The notes below the pieces were generated by a model. It was not told the origin of the DNA. It worked only from the letters and a program-made list of their open reading frames with translations, and ran no database searches. Made by a program: the position numbers and the translations under genes. This document shows positions 51,548-62,850 of a stretch of DNA of 64,000 nucleotides, piece by piece. Position 1 is the first letter of the stretch, and the number at the start of each line of letters is the position of its first letter. The DNA is taken from positions 64,001-128,000 of the forward strand of contig CBDDDG010000022.1 in NCBI GenBank assembly GCA_965226555.1, given 5' to 3'. The stretch comes from Salinispira sp. (GTDB lineage Bacteria > Spirochaetota > Spirochaetia > DSM-27196 > Salinispiraceae).

Positions 51548-53482
51548 TCATTGCTGCTCATTTGCGATCCTCACAATTTTGTCTACATTAACAAAATGAA
51601 TACTTTTTCTTCGTTTATCAACTGGCAAATACTTTAATTCTTTTTGCATCATTTCACCTTTAAGGGCTTGGGTTACTTCCCCCGCGCTAAAACCTTTGCC
51701 GTGTCTATAGCCCCAACTGCGTTTTACCATCGGAATCACTGAAGATGCAGGGTGAGCTATTTTAGGTAGTAAAATCTGAATTTCAGGTTGTGCAATCTGA
51801 ATGAGCTGCTGCACTTTGTCACCAATGATTGCCTTCAAATACTTACAATCATCCAGATTATCATATCTGAACTCTCGAAGAGGAATAGGGATCAGTGAAT
51901 ATCCCGTTTCATTTTGATTTTGGCGAGGATACCTCCTGCCCTGTTGATTATCCCATGCAATTTCAACTCTTTTAATATGGCGGGGTAGCCATAAGTGAAT
52001 TTCCGCATTAGCATCGCCATAGTTTTTAAACTTTTCAGGAGTCATTTGGAAACATGTGTCTTGCCAGTCTGCCGATTCGTTATTCATACACCACCAGATT
52101 CTGGGCAGGTGTAACGAAATCGTAACTTCATCGTTATTGGAGTTACATGTAAATATTTGCTTATCGTATGCTGCGTATGGCGCAACTTCAAATGCGTTCT
52201 CATTTTTTGTCATCAATTTACAGGTATTTTTTGCTGTCAAATCAATATTGTTTCCAATAAACTGAATTCTTGTTGAAGTATGTCCGCTTTTATCTGGTAG
52301 CAATATGGTATTTTCGACATATTCTCCTCCGTTTATTGTAATTTTCTCAAGGCCCTGTATATAGCGAAACGAAATGCTATCTTGCATTTTAATGTTTTCA
52401 TCGTAGACGCGAAGAAAGAACCGTCCTTGCCTCTGAGCCATAACATCTATAAGCTTTTGCTCGGGAAGTTTAATATTTTCTCCCCAGCCATCTGCTTTCT
52501 CTTCACCAACTCGCGCCCAGACAATGTTCTTTCCTGCTATAATCTGTGGCAGATTACCAACAAATAGCTCATTTTCATTATTTGTAAATAGACATTTTCC
52601 CTTTAGTTCTACGGCAATGGATGATGTCAGTGCAATAGGTTTACCCTCATCATCTCTAAATTCATAATTTTGCGTTGATGCATCTTTGTCAAGAAAATAA
52701 AAATGCGCCATAAATCGTTTATCACTACAAAATTCCGGTTCGACACGTATATTACTACCGATTCTTTCCCACTGTTGGGGAGCAATCACAATGAAATGTC
52801 CTTTGGTTAATGTGGAAATTTCACGTCCATCATCACTCCAGTCATTTTTCATTTTAAAAATAAGAGGTTTATTTTCTTTATATAACGTAATTTTGTCGCT
52901 ACTGCCATCAGTAAATATGGTTAACAAATTTTCTGTAAACGATGTTAATTGATATTCGTTATTTAGAGTGTTCAGGCAGCTACCGTTTTGCGTAATCTCC
53001 CTAATTTCCCTACTTTCATTTACCGATAGAAAAATACTCCAGCCAGTAGAAAGATTGCGACAGATAAATTCGGGTTTTGGTTTTATAAAAGAATTATCGC
53101 TTTTGTTCTTATTGTGCTTTTGATGTTTTTGCGTTCTTTTTCCAGGTGCCTTTATTGGACCGCGGTTTGAGTCAGTTTTCTCATTGTGAATGGGATTTTG
53201 AGGCAGCTGTACGGGATCAAGGGGAGGTTGGTGTTGGGTATTATCCGGTGGAGATATAATTTCTCGAGTTGGAGTAGCTGTAATGCCCCCATCTCCCGCT
53301 GTCTGGTTACTGTTAATACGATCATGTGATATTTCAGGTTCAATAGCAGGAGTAGTGGGCTTATTTCCGTTATCCCGGGAATCATTTTCAGCATCAGATG
53401 TCTCATGCATATTATCCTCTTTGGATAATAATTGTGTAATCCACCGTTTACAGAGATTGATTATTTTGCGAATCCAATTCAT
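51548..53482 (-). CDS. Helicase-associated hypothetical protein with C-terminal eL13-like domain
   Basis: 644 aa; overlaps the helicase start by 14 nt; C-terminus PMVKR..GYRHGKGFSAGE...PVDKRRKSIHFVNV. Confidence 0.75.
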   Translation of the reverse strand: MNWIRKIINLCKRWITQLLSKEDNMHETSDAENDSRDNGNKPTTPAIEPEISHDRINSNQTAGDGGITATPTREIISPPDNTQHQPPLDPVQLPQNPIHNEKTDSNRGPIKAPGKRTQKHQKHNKNKSDNSFIKPKPEFICRNLSTGWSIFLSVNESREIREITQNGSCLNTLNNEYQLTSFTENLLTIFTDGSSDKITLYKENKPLIFKMKNDWSDDGREISTLTKGHFIVIAPQQWERIGSNIRVEPEFCSDKRFMAHFYFLDKDASTQNYEFRDDEGKPIALTSSIAVELKGKCLFTNNENELFVGNLPQIIAGKNIVWARVGEEKADGWGENIKLPEQKLIDVMAQRQGRFFLRVYDENIKMQDSISFRYIQGLEKITINGGEYVENTILLPDKSGHTSTRIQFIGNNIDLTAKNTCKLMTKNENAFEVAPYAAYDKQIFTCNSNNDEVTISLHLPRIWWCMNNESADWQDTCFQMTPEKFKNYGDANAEIHLWLPRHIKRVEIAWDNQQGRRYPRQNQNETGYSLIPIPLREFRYDNLDDCKYLKAIIGDKVQQLIQIAQPEIQILLPKIAHPASSVIPMVKRSWGYRHGKGFSAGEVTQALKGEMMQKELKYLPVDKRRKSIHFVNVDKIVRIANEQQ

Positions 53483-53490
53483 TATGATTG

Positions 53491-53519
53491 ATAATAGTTT
53501 TAAAAATTTATGACGTCAA
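53491..53519 (-). promoter_or_regulatory. Sigma70 promoter of the eL13-like/helicase operon
   Basis: Minus strand TTGACG-17-TATTAT, 8 nt before the ATG. Confidence 0.55.
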
Positions 53520-53626
53520 TAGATGGATGCCATTGCAAGTCATCTTGAATCCAAGAATTATAAAATCAGGGAGAAACACACTACATACGAAAGGGGTGAA
53601 GATATAGCGGGTAATGAGGAACGGCA

Positions 53627-54832
53627 ATGAGTAAATCAGCGTATGGGCAGCCAATTATTATTACAGAAGATGAAAAGCTTCTTAAGCCCCAGCAGCCTCC
53701 GAAGCCGGAGGAAGATGAGAAATTTCTGCAGGATCTGATTTTCAAACATGCCGATTGCCTGCCCGTATCGGAAATTGATGACGCCTACACCCCGCTGATC
53801 CCCGTTTGCAGGGAACTGAATACGCATGCCGGTCCCCTAGACATTCTGATGGCCACGCCTGCAGGCAAGCTCGTGATAATTGAAACCAAACTCTGGAGAA
53901 ATCCGGATGCCCGACGGAAGGTAGTTGCGCAAATCCTCGATTATGCGAAAGAACTTGCCCGGTGGTCTTATGAAGATTTATATCGGGAGATTAACAGAAA
54001 CCTGCAGACCTCAGGCAATCATCTCTATAATACGGTTACCGCCTCAGCAGGTGAAGCTTCAGCCCTCGATGAAGCTGCTTTTGTTGATGCTGTGAGCAGA
54101 AACCTCCAAAAAGGTGAATTTTTGCTGTTGCTGGTCGGAGATGGAATTCGGGAGGGCGCAGAAAGATTAACCGAATTTCTGTCAACTGCCGGTAATCTTG
54201 CCTTCACATTTGGCATGATTGAAGTTGCTTTTTTCAAGGCACCGGACATTGGCACTCTGATTATTCCCCGGGTAATAGCCCGCACAGTCGAAATTCAACG
54301 ATCAGTTGTTGAACTCCCTCCGGGACTGCAGCTCCGGGAAGTTGCCGATCAATTTGATACATCACTTTCTCCAGAACGAAAAAAGGAGAAAGAGTTTTAC
54401 AGTACTTTCTGGAGAGAATTTATCAATGGACTTTCACTTGATGATCCCGGACAGCCAATGCCGCATCCTTTAAATGCCGAGAACCAATATTTTTATCTGC
54501 CACCGCAGCCTCCAAAAAGGGTATGGATCAGCGCAGCTTTTATTCCGAGTAAGAAGCAGGTTAGTGTATATTTCACCTGTAGTACCATTCCGCCCGGGCC
54601 TGATATGGCTGAAAAACTGGAGTTTGAGAGGGATGAAATAGTTGCCGAACTTTCCAAACTCGGTGAGGGAATTTACTGGGATATGCCGAAAAGCGTCGGT
54701 GTCTACCGATCTGTTGATGATATATTTGCCCCGGAGAACCGGCAGATAATTCAGGACTTCTTTCAAACCTGGGTAAACCGGTTCATCAATGCCTTTAGGC
54801 CGAGACTAAAGCGGCTGTCTGAAGACAGATAA
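53627..54832 (+). CDS. PD-(D/E)XK (NucS-like) nuclease with DUF4268-like C-terminal domain
   Basis: E..LQ, GPLDIL...IIETK...VVAQILDYA; FYSTFW..F in the C-terminal domain. Confidence 0.7.
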   Translation: MSKSAYGQPIIITEDEKLLKPQQPPKPEEDEKFLQDLIFKHADCLPVSEIDDAYTPLIPVCRELNTHAGPLDILMATPAGKLVIIETKLWRNPDARRKVVAQILDYAKELARWSYEDLYREINRNLQTSGNHLYNTVTASAGEASALDEAAFVDAVSRNLQKGEFLLLLVGDGIREGAERLTEFLSTAGNLAFTFGMIEVAFFKAPDIGTLIIPRVIARTVEIQRSVVELPPGLQLREVADQFDTSLSPERKKEKEFYSTFWREFINGLSLDDPGQPMPHPLNAENQYFYLPPQPPKRVWISAAFIPSKKQVSVYFTCSTIPPGPDMAEKLEFERDEIVAELSKLGEGIYWDMPKSVGVYRSVDDIFAPENRQIIQDFFQTWVNRFINAFRPRLKRLSEDR

Positions 54833-54857
54833 TCGTCCCACCCTGCCCCGCGCGCCC

Positions 54858-55280
54858 TCAAACCCAGGTAAAGGTTCCATCGGCCTGGGGTTGTGAAAAG
54901 GGGTTGAAGGCGACCTCCCACAGGTATCCGTCGGGGTCGGAAAAGTATGCGGAGTATCCGCCCCAGAAGACCTTTTGGGGTTCTTTGACAATGTGCGCGC
55001 CAATTGCTCGCACATCTTCTATAACCTCATCAACCTCTGCTTCAGAACCAACATTGTAGGCCATGGTAAAACAGGGCGATGCCGCAGGAATCGGCACCCC
55101 GACATCCTCAGCCAGTCCAGTAAGCGGATAAAGCGACAACACAAAGGACTGCAAATTAAAAGCCACAATGTTTTCAGCGCCTTCCTCGGTCGCGACCTTC
55201 CATCCCAATTTTTCATAGAACACACGCGACCTCTGAAGATCGGCCACGCCCAATGTTATAATGCTCAATCGCTGTTCCAT
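54858..55280 (-). CDS. VOC/glyoxalase family protein
   Basis: ITLGVADL..SRVFYE, FWGGYSAYFSDPDGYLWEVA. Confidence 0.9.
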   Translation of the reverse strand: MEQRLSIITLGVADLQRSRVFYEKLGWKVATEEGAENIVAFNLQSFVLSLYPLTGLAEDVGVPIPAASPCFTMAYNVGSEAEVDEVIEDVRAIGAHIVKEPQKVFWGGYSAYFSDPDGYLWEVAFNPFSQPQADGTFTWV

Positions 55281-55307
55281 ACAATACTCCTCGCGCTATC
55301 GACGTAT

Positions 55308-55353
55308 AAAAATTTTTGCATAAATCAAAAAATTTCAGTTTTGCAAAACTTTC
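55308..55353. repeat. Degenerate C-type palindromic modules upstream of the VOC gene
   Basis: AAATTTTTGCATAAATCAAAAAATTT and AGTTTTGCAAAACT. Confidence 0.55.
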
Positions 55354-55454
55354 GAATAGCTATGCCATATAACAGTATCAGAAAATTGCGCAAAATACAG
55401 CACAATGCAAAAGTGTCTGATAATATTCGGGGATATCAATCCTTCGCCCAGCCT

Positions 55455-56653
55455 TCATCCGAGCGCGCGCAATTTTCGCATTAATTTCTCCAGGGAAACA
55501 ATGTGCGCATCGTTGCCAATGGGAAACTCGTCATCGCCGCCATAGACGACATACCTGCGCACGGCGCCAATGTCATCGCAAATCTGGTGAAAATATCTGT
55601 TCACCTTGGGAGCAAGCCCATATTTGACTTCCACAGCCCAAACATCCGCGTTCGGCATGGTTATGAGCAGATCAATTTCTGCGCCGGCGGCGCTGCGGTA
55701 GAAGTGGGTTTTTGCGAGGGAGGTAGGACTGAATGAATGTTTTCCACAACAAAACCTTCCCAGCTCTTGCCGATAATGGGGTGAGACAGCAGCGCATCGC
55801 CATTCCCAATGCTCAGCAGCCGGTGGAGCAGGCCGCTGTCGCGCACATAATAGCGCGGCGATTTCACCAGCCGTTTTTTAGCATTCCTGTGCCATGGTTC
55901 AATTCGCCGAAGCAGCAACAGATCGGTCAGAATGTCGATGTAACGGCTAACGGTCTTGTGGTCTGTTTCCAAATTCGCCCCCAGTTGCGAAACATTCACC
56001 GGCTCGCCCTGAAAATGGGCAAGCATTGTCCATAAACGTCTCAGCCGGACAGCGGGAACGCGAAACCCCAGCTGCGGCACATCGCGCTCCACATAGGTCC
56101 GAATTAAATTTTCCAGCCATTCCATGGCTGTCGCGTCAGTATCGGCAAGATAACTATCGGGAAATCCTCCCCGCAGCCACAGACGCTGAACATGATTCTG
56201 AGATTCGCCAATATCCAGCTTCATTTGAGAATCGCCGGTCTCCAGAACATTAAGCCCCGTCAGTTCAAGATAGCTGATGCGGCCGGCAAGGCTTTCTGAC
56301 GATTGCCGCAATACCTCCATGGAGGCAGAGCCCAACAGCAAAAATTGAGCAGCGCTGCGTCCGTCCTGCCGATTCCGGTCGATAATGCCGCGCAGAATCC
56401 TGAAAATTTCAGGAAACTGCTGTATTTCGTCCAGAATAATGAGCTTTTCGCGCCGCGAATGAAAAAAAGCAATTGGATCGCTCAATTTCAGTGTGTCTTC
56501 TGGAGATTCTAAATCGAGATACAGAGCGCTCATATCGCGCTCCAGAGATCGGGCAAGTGTTGTCTTACCCACCTGGCGCGCGCCAAGCAGGGCAACCGCA
56601 GGCACTCGCGCAATGTGTTTCCTGAGCCTGTCGCCCATTAACCGTTCCAACAT
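55455..56653 (-). CDS. AAA_14 ATPase + DUF4143 protein, one frameshift near 55715 (probably sequencing error)
   Basis: GARQVGKTT, LDEIQ, ESLAGR, RGGFP, GKSWEG; the other frame continues FYRSAAGAEIDL...AVEVK. Confidence 0.85.
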
Positions 56654-56777
56654 ACCGGTATAGTAGGCGATACATGCCAAAATTACAAGGCCTCAGTACG
56701 TTTTACCGTGTAATTTGGGAATTCGATGCCCAAATTGCACGGTAAAGGTGAAATGTATTGGTTTTGTTATTGGTCTG

Positions 56778-58155
56778 TTATTTATTTGGGGGAGAAGTTT
56801 GCTCATGGGGCATCAGGCGCCGCAGCGGACGAAAATAGGTTTTGGGGCTGTAATCGGCAAGATCAGATACTCTGGTCATATACACACAGGCATAGCTACT
56901 AATCTGCTCGGCATAACGGCTTTCTTCGAGACCGGCGCGAAGCACCTCTCCCCAGTATGGATTAAAGTATTCTCTGTATTTGATGAGAAGTTCCGATATA
57001 CGGTTATTTAACCATTCAATTTTTTTCAAATAAGGTATCAAGTTCGGCTCGGTTAGCCGCTATTCCTTCATGCCGGGCAATATCAAGTTGATTCAGCTTC
57101 AGTTCGAGGGCAGCCTTTTCTGCGTTCAGATGAGCAATTTCCTGCTGAGTGGATTCCCCCCTGAGCACTCCCTTCATCTCATCCTCAAGATCGCTGAGTA
57201 CGAGACCTGTTCGCCAGTCGCAGCTTTTCTTAATGGTAATAACATCACCGTAAATATGGTCGCCGAGGTAAAGAATTTCGTTACCCTGTAATCCAAGATC
57301 CTTTTGAAGTTTTTTAAACCATCCGCCCTGATAAATACCGGTGATCACCTTACCTTCATAATTTGTCATGTTTCCGGTTTTCGTGTCGACCTTGAGAAAG
57401 CGGTGAGCCTTCTGAAAAAATTCCGGTTTGTCTGCAAGGGTTATGACAATATCGAAAAGTTCACGCCAATTCTTATGATTTTTCAGATATGGAGTAATTG
57501 CGTAGTCGAGAATGGTTCGGGAATAGGTATATTCGCTGTTTGTGATCATCATGAGTTTTTTACCATAATCTATGTAACGTTCAAGCAGGAGCGGAATGCG
57601 TTTATCGAGAAGGATGAGGCGCTCGGGCCTATTCTCTAAGACCTTTTTAATGGAACCGTCAATATGCGCGGTATTAATTGCGTCCTGTACGTTCTGTCCA
57701 ATATCGGCGAGCGATGGAAGTTTTACTCCCGTGTTATATAAATCCACAAGCTGGCTGTATAAAACTCCGGCAGAAATGGCAAAATTCGTATCGAGAGGAA
57801 TAAAATTCGTATCTTGAATATCAATTGCGATATTCTGATAAAAATTCTGAACCTGCCGATAATGTATTTCCTTCAATCCATGAAATGCCCTTTTCACCTT
57901 ACCAAAGCGATTGAGCTTCAGAAGGTTACCGTTTTTGCTGTCAATTACCAGACCGACAATGGCACGGTCGTAATCAAATTCAAGTTCCCGTATTTCCGGC
58001 GGATATTCATAGTGTTCGGTGAGTATACGTAATGCTTCGGTATGCGCAAGTTTTTCAAAAGCTTTGATATTGTAGCATACAAGAGTGTAGTCCATATCGA
58101 AGCCGATGAGTTTGATTTTTTTAAGATTCAGGGAACGATTTACGTATACTGCCAT
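56778..58155 (-). CDS. HAD-IG family 5'-nucleotidase, frameshift in an A-run near 57020
   Basis: GFDMDYTL, ITNS, KP.FF, YLGDHIYGD; C-terminal FNPYWG...YACVY in the other frame. Confidence 0.88.
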
Positions 58156-60995
58156 TATTCTTTTTCCGGGAAAAGTATAATTTCCGCATATGAGGAATTT
58201 TCAAAAACCCGTTTAGCGGAATTCTGAATATCATCTGCGCTCAGCTCATCGTACCATGCGGTTTTTTCCAGAGCATATTCCCAGCCGAGGTCATTTTTGG
58301 TGAGAAATTCAATTTGTCCCAGCCACCATCCATTTCTTTCAAGATTTTCTTCATAACTCACTCGCTGACTCTCTGAAACCCGCTGCGCATATTCCTCGCC
58401 CAGTCCCTCGGCAACAATGCTGGTAATCTCGTTTCTGATCAGGGTAGTGAGTTCCTGAACCCGCTCAGGCTCGGTACTGAAATTTATGGTAAACAGATAA
58501 TCTTCATCGGGAACCCGATTCAGGGTGAATGAAGCATTAATACTGTATGTTCCGCCGACTTCCTCTCTCACAAGCTCAATGAGCCGAATGTTAAGCGCGC
58601 TGCTGAGGGCGGAAAAATCGTAGAGGGTGTCGTAATTCCAGAGAATTTCATCGCTCCATGCAAGTGTTACAATGGCTAAGGGTTCTATTCCGGCGTAAAT
58701 TTCATCGCGGATATTTTCGGTAAAGTAATCAAGTCCATTATCGCGCGCTGTTTCCTGTTTTCCCCCATCGGGAAGACTGGCAATCCATTGAGTAACCTTC
58801 TGTTTCAACTCCTCAGGTTCAAAGGCGCCAACGAAAAAGAAGGTGAAATCGCCCGCATGGGTGAACCGTTCTCTGAAAAACGAAAGAAGCTCGTCATAGT
58901 CGAGATCAGAAACATCTTCAGGCAGGGGACTGCGCAGGGGATAGGTGAGCGCGCGGAAATGATTGTTGAAGAGGGCCGCGTTTAAACGATTCCGATACTG
59001 AACCCGCGGATCCCGTTTCCTGATTTTCAAGGAATGCCGAGAGGCGGCTGCGGTACGACTCCCAGGCTTCAGTATCTTCGCCAAGGTCGGTAAAATACAG
59101 ATAATTCAACTGCAGCATGGTTTCAAGATCATCAGGAGAAACACTTCCAGAAAGTCCTTCTTCATATTCGGAAATCCATGGAGATATATCGACCTGCTTC
59201 CCTGCCAGCGCCTTACCGATATCCACTGAACTCAGCGCGCCAAGCCCTCCCGTTGATACGGCAAGTGTTGAAAGGGCAGCAGCTGTATAATTATCATTAT
59301 CAATAAGGCTGAGACCGCCCCTGCTGACGGCGCTGAATAGAATTTCGTCATCTTTGAAATCTGTCGGCTTTGCATATACAACAGCGCCGTTGGAAAGTTC
59401 CCAGCGATATATCCCTGAATAACTATCGAAAAGTTCCTGTTGAATAGTTCCATGGCTTGGAGTATTGGGCACAAGTTCATTATCTGCGGTATTGTCAGTC
59501 CATGGAGACGGATTTTTATCGGCGCCGGAATGATAGGCAGAGAATATTTTTTCCTTCGTCAATGAGATGTTTTCAAGTTCCTCAGGTCCGGTGATGATTA
59601 TTGTATTGTTTCTATTATCAAGGCGTTCCTGAGTAATTGTTTCAAAATCGTCAATAGTAATGCCTGGCATGATCTGCTGAACAGTTTCCCATTCCAGTTT
59701 GTAGACGGCACAGGTTCTCCCGTTAAGTAATGTTCCTGCAGTATGCCGGGATATTGCCAGTGTTCCCGATTATCCTGTTCCTTCCACTGTCTTTCATACC
59801 GGCTCAGCAGCTGTTTCTTTGCCCGTTCAAGTTCGCTACTGAGAAAACCATGGCGCCGTATCCGCTCAAATTCTTCTGAAACTCGTTCTATGGCCTGTTC
59901 AATTTCTTCCACCTCGGCGAGAATGGAGCTGCCGTTACGACGGGTCCAGCGGGTATATGCGTTTGAATAGGCAGATGCGGTAATAAAGGGCGGGTCGGCT
60001 TCCTGAACAATTTCAAACAACCTCTGATTAATCATTTATAAAAGAGTTGGTCAATGAGAGAATGCGGTATTCATGCACTGTACGAATTTCAGGAACAGTA
60101 TAACGCGTGGTAAGAATTTCAACAGAGGTAACTGTTTCTTCAGGGTCGCTTGCAACAATGAACTGCTCCGATTGGCTTTCAGGCACATCAAATTTTCTTC
60201 TGTTCCGAGAGGGCATGGGATTCTGATGTTTTGAAAAACGTTCACGGATCATTGTCTCAATTTCAGAACTATCAAAATCGCCTACTGCAATAATTGCCAT
60301 GAGATCAGGACGATACCAATCTTCATAAAACGCCGCAGAGTTTCCGGATCGGCAGTTTCAATGATCTCCGGCTTGCCAATGGGAAGGCGCTCCGCATACA
60401 GTGACCCCTCAAAAGTACGGGGAGAATTTTCTGTAAAATCCGCTGCCGGGCGCCCGCGGCCGATGCGCCACTCTTCGAGAATAACATTTCGTTCGCTTAT
60501 AACATCCTGTTCCTGAGTGTTATGGGAGAATGCCCAATGTTCAAGTATTTCAAAGCCCTGTTCAAGGCGTATTACCGCGGTCTGTTGGTACAGAGAGCAT
60601 GTATACTGTTTCATCAAAGCTTGTATACGCATTAATATCGGGACCAAATTTATTCCCGCATTTTGAAGAAAGGAAATGAGATCATTTTCAGGGATACAGT
60701 TCGGTACCGTTAAAGGCCATGTGCTCAAGAAAATGAGCGAGCCCTGCTGATCATCATCTTCCAGTATTGAGCCGGCATTAACAACGAGCCGTAATTCTGC
60801 GCGGTTTTCCGGTTTACTATTTTCAACAATATAATACACAAGTCCGTTTTCCAGGGTTCCGTGAGTTATTGCGGTATCAAAGGGAATTTCTGCCATATCC
60901 GCGGCATGCGGGATATTTCCGGTACTCTGACAGGAAAATAGCAAAATACTACAAACACATAACAGAGTGAGTAGCTTAGCGTGTAAGGTATACAT
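58155..60995 (-). CDS. M16 (PqqL-like) zinc peptidase lipoprotein with multiple frameshifts
   Basis: Lipobox LLFSC; GTLENGLVYY, LVVNAGS, RLPIG, LSNGAVV..KPTDF, VREEVGGTY distributed over five ORF fragments. Confidence 0.8.
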
Positions 60996-61012
60996 AATTT
61001 TATTTCTCCTTA

Positions 61013-61256
61013 AAATTTTTGCATAAGGCAAAAATTTCAAATGGCTGGTCGGAGGCTGCGCATCCGGTTCGCCCATGTTTCCGATCTGGAATGCTTTCTT
61101 TGTGCTTAGCATTCTTCTATTTTATACAAATTTTTGCATTGATAAAGTTTTGCCTGTGGCAAAACTTTCTTATACCTTGAGAGAATCAAACATATAGATG
61201 AGAGAACCCTCATTGGAAAATTGTGCAGAGCACAATTTTCAGTAGCAAAACTTTGT
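61013..61256. repeat. Modular palindromic repeat, copy 6 (C + B + C + A reversed)
   Basis: AAATTTTTGC-ataag-GCAAAAATTT; GGAATGCTTTCTTTGTGCTTAGCATTCT; AAAGTTTTGCC-tgt-GGCAAAACTTT; CATTGGAAAATTGTGC-aga-GCACAATTTTCAGTAGCAAAACTTT. Confidence 0.9.
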
Positions 61257-62823
61257 AGTATTTTCTTTTTATACAATGGATCTTCGAGTTTTGTATATAC
61301 ATATTCGAGTATGGTCAAGGCATAATTCTGTATGCTGCGGGTATCGTGTTCTGTGTAGGTCAGTAAGGCGTATTCCGCGCAGGAAAGAATGAAGGATTCC
61401 GGAAGTTGCCAATTTTCTGCCGACTGGAGAAATGCAATAAGAGTCTGTAGAAAAAATGTTTGCGCGCGTAATGACTGATCGGGAAAAAATGGCAGTAATT
61501 CAGTGAATACATGCGGATTTATTTCGGCTCTGAGGAATGAACTGATCCGGGCGGCAGCGCTCGCCCCCCCCATATCGGAGAAAAAGCCTGAGAATGAGGG
61601 CCCGTGCGCAGGGTCCCACGAGGGTATATCTATCGCTTGCCGCGTATATATACAGAAGTACATTGTGAAGCGCCGATTCATACATAAGCAATTTCCCTTG
61701 AAGGTTATCCGTCTTGTCAATAATTTCCAATTGTTCCCGGAGCCTTTCAGGATTGCCGACAAGGCTGATGAGAAAATCGGATAAAAAATTACTTTGTACA
61801 TATTGTTTTTCGGGAAAATCCTGCGCCGGAGGGAGCAGTGTTTCCACCAGAAAAATTCTCAGCGATCATCTGCATATCAAAACGGTGAATTCTCCATACG
61901 GAATCGCTGACATGAAGATATTTTTTATGCAGCGCGGCAAATTCATATTCCCATGGTTCCGGAAGATTATACAGTTCATATTCGGTATTTTCTGAGGTAA
62001 CTGCTTTCAATCGTCTGTTATCAATGTGAATATACAGTGTCGTATTACGAAAAAAGAGAAGGGCAATGAGGCGCCCATTGCCCGGGGTTTTTCCGCCCTG
62101 CAGTTCTTTTCCGCTAAGTGTATAACGCCGGTATTGACCTGAAGCCGGTGAATGAATAAGAAATTCTCTGCCATGTACAATAAATTCATTCCAGTTCTTC
62201 TGAATGCTTATGTGCGTAATGAGAATTCCATCAATTGAATACCAGAGCAATTGTTCATCAGTTTGAATAATAATTGTCTCTTCCTGACTTACCAGTAATT
62301 TTTTCCATGAGCGAACGGGAAGTTTCCAGCTCATAAGGGGCATATCGCCGAGTTGGAATGCAGACGAAAAAATATGAACAGTATTGTGTTCATCAATAAG
62401 TATACCTCTCCCGTCAACAAGAGCAATTTCTTCCCCCTGTGAGGATAATGATCGGAAGAAGGGTGTTTTTCCAATAAATCCGCGGGGTGAAAATGAGAGG
62501 AGGGTATCGCGGACAGGAATGTGAATTTCACCATTTCCCTGAACATACCACATTCCCCAAGGAAGATGCGCAAAATCATACTGCCAGAGAATATTCCCGT
62601 TAACATGAAGGCGCTGTATATGTTTGTCATCGGTCATGACGATAAGTTCATTCTCCCCAATAGTTAATGGGGTCTGAAGTACTCTGCCCTCAAACACTAT
62701 CTGCCTGTACCAAGGGGGCATACCGTCATCTCCCTGCGCATCTGCCGGAAATGGAGATGCGAAAGTTATGAATGCGGCGATTAATGCGAGAGGAAAGATC
62801 AGATTACTTATCATATAGTACAT
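61106..62823 (-). CDS. Exported protein with PQQ-like beta-propeller N-terminus; about two frameshifts
   Basis: Signal peptide, GNILWQY-type blades; coding signal passes through ORFs 61789-62871, 61500-61847 and 61106-61801. Confidence 0.5.
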
Positions 62824-62850
62824 ACTATCCGAAATAGTATATATAACTAT

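Larger units (their letters stand above)
46293..51561 (-). pseudogene. Large DEAD/DEAH helicase with C-terminal DUF1998 (DruE-like), interrupted by IS3 and a frameshift near 48110
   Basis: TGTASGKTE, YPMNALANDQ, TNYSMLE, DEAH, TSAT, FADSRQ, EEHTAQL, TTFEVGVDLG, QRVGRAGRR, YDNVPGGAG, CxCxxxCxxCL; removing the IS plus one TSD restores the frame (EARIFV|RKCKAYEK...DPVQEIVHG). Confidence 0.88.

Noticed and set aside
51548..51740. Genuine ribosomal protein gene or archaeal contamination
   Set aside because: The eL13-like segment is fused in-frame to a 580-aa non-ribosomal region inside a bacterial defence-like island, with no ribosomal operon context
2067..61256. Palindromic repeats as a CRISPR array or integron attC sites
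   Set aside because: Dispersed rather than regularly spaced; no cas gene or integrase in the window; no RYYYAAC/GTTRRRY cores
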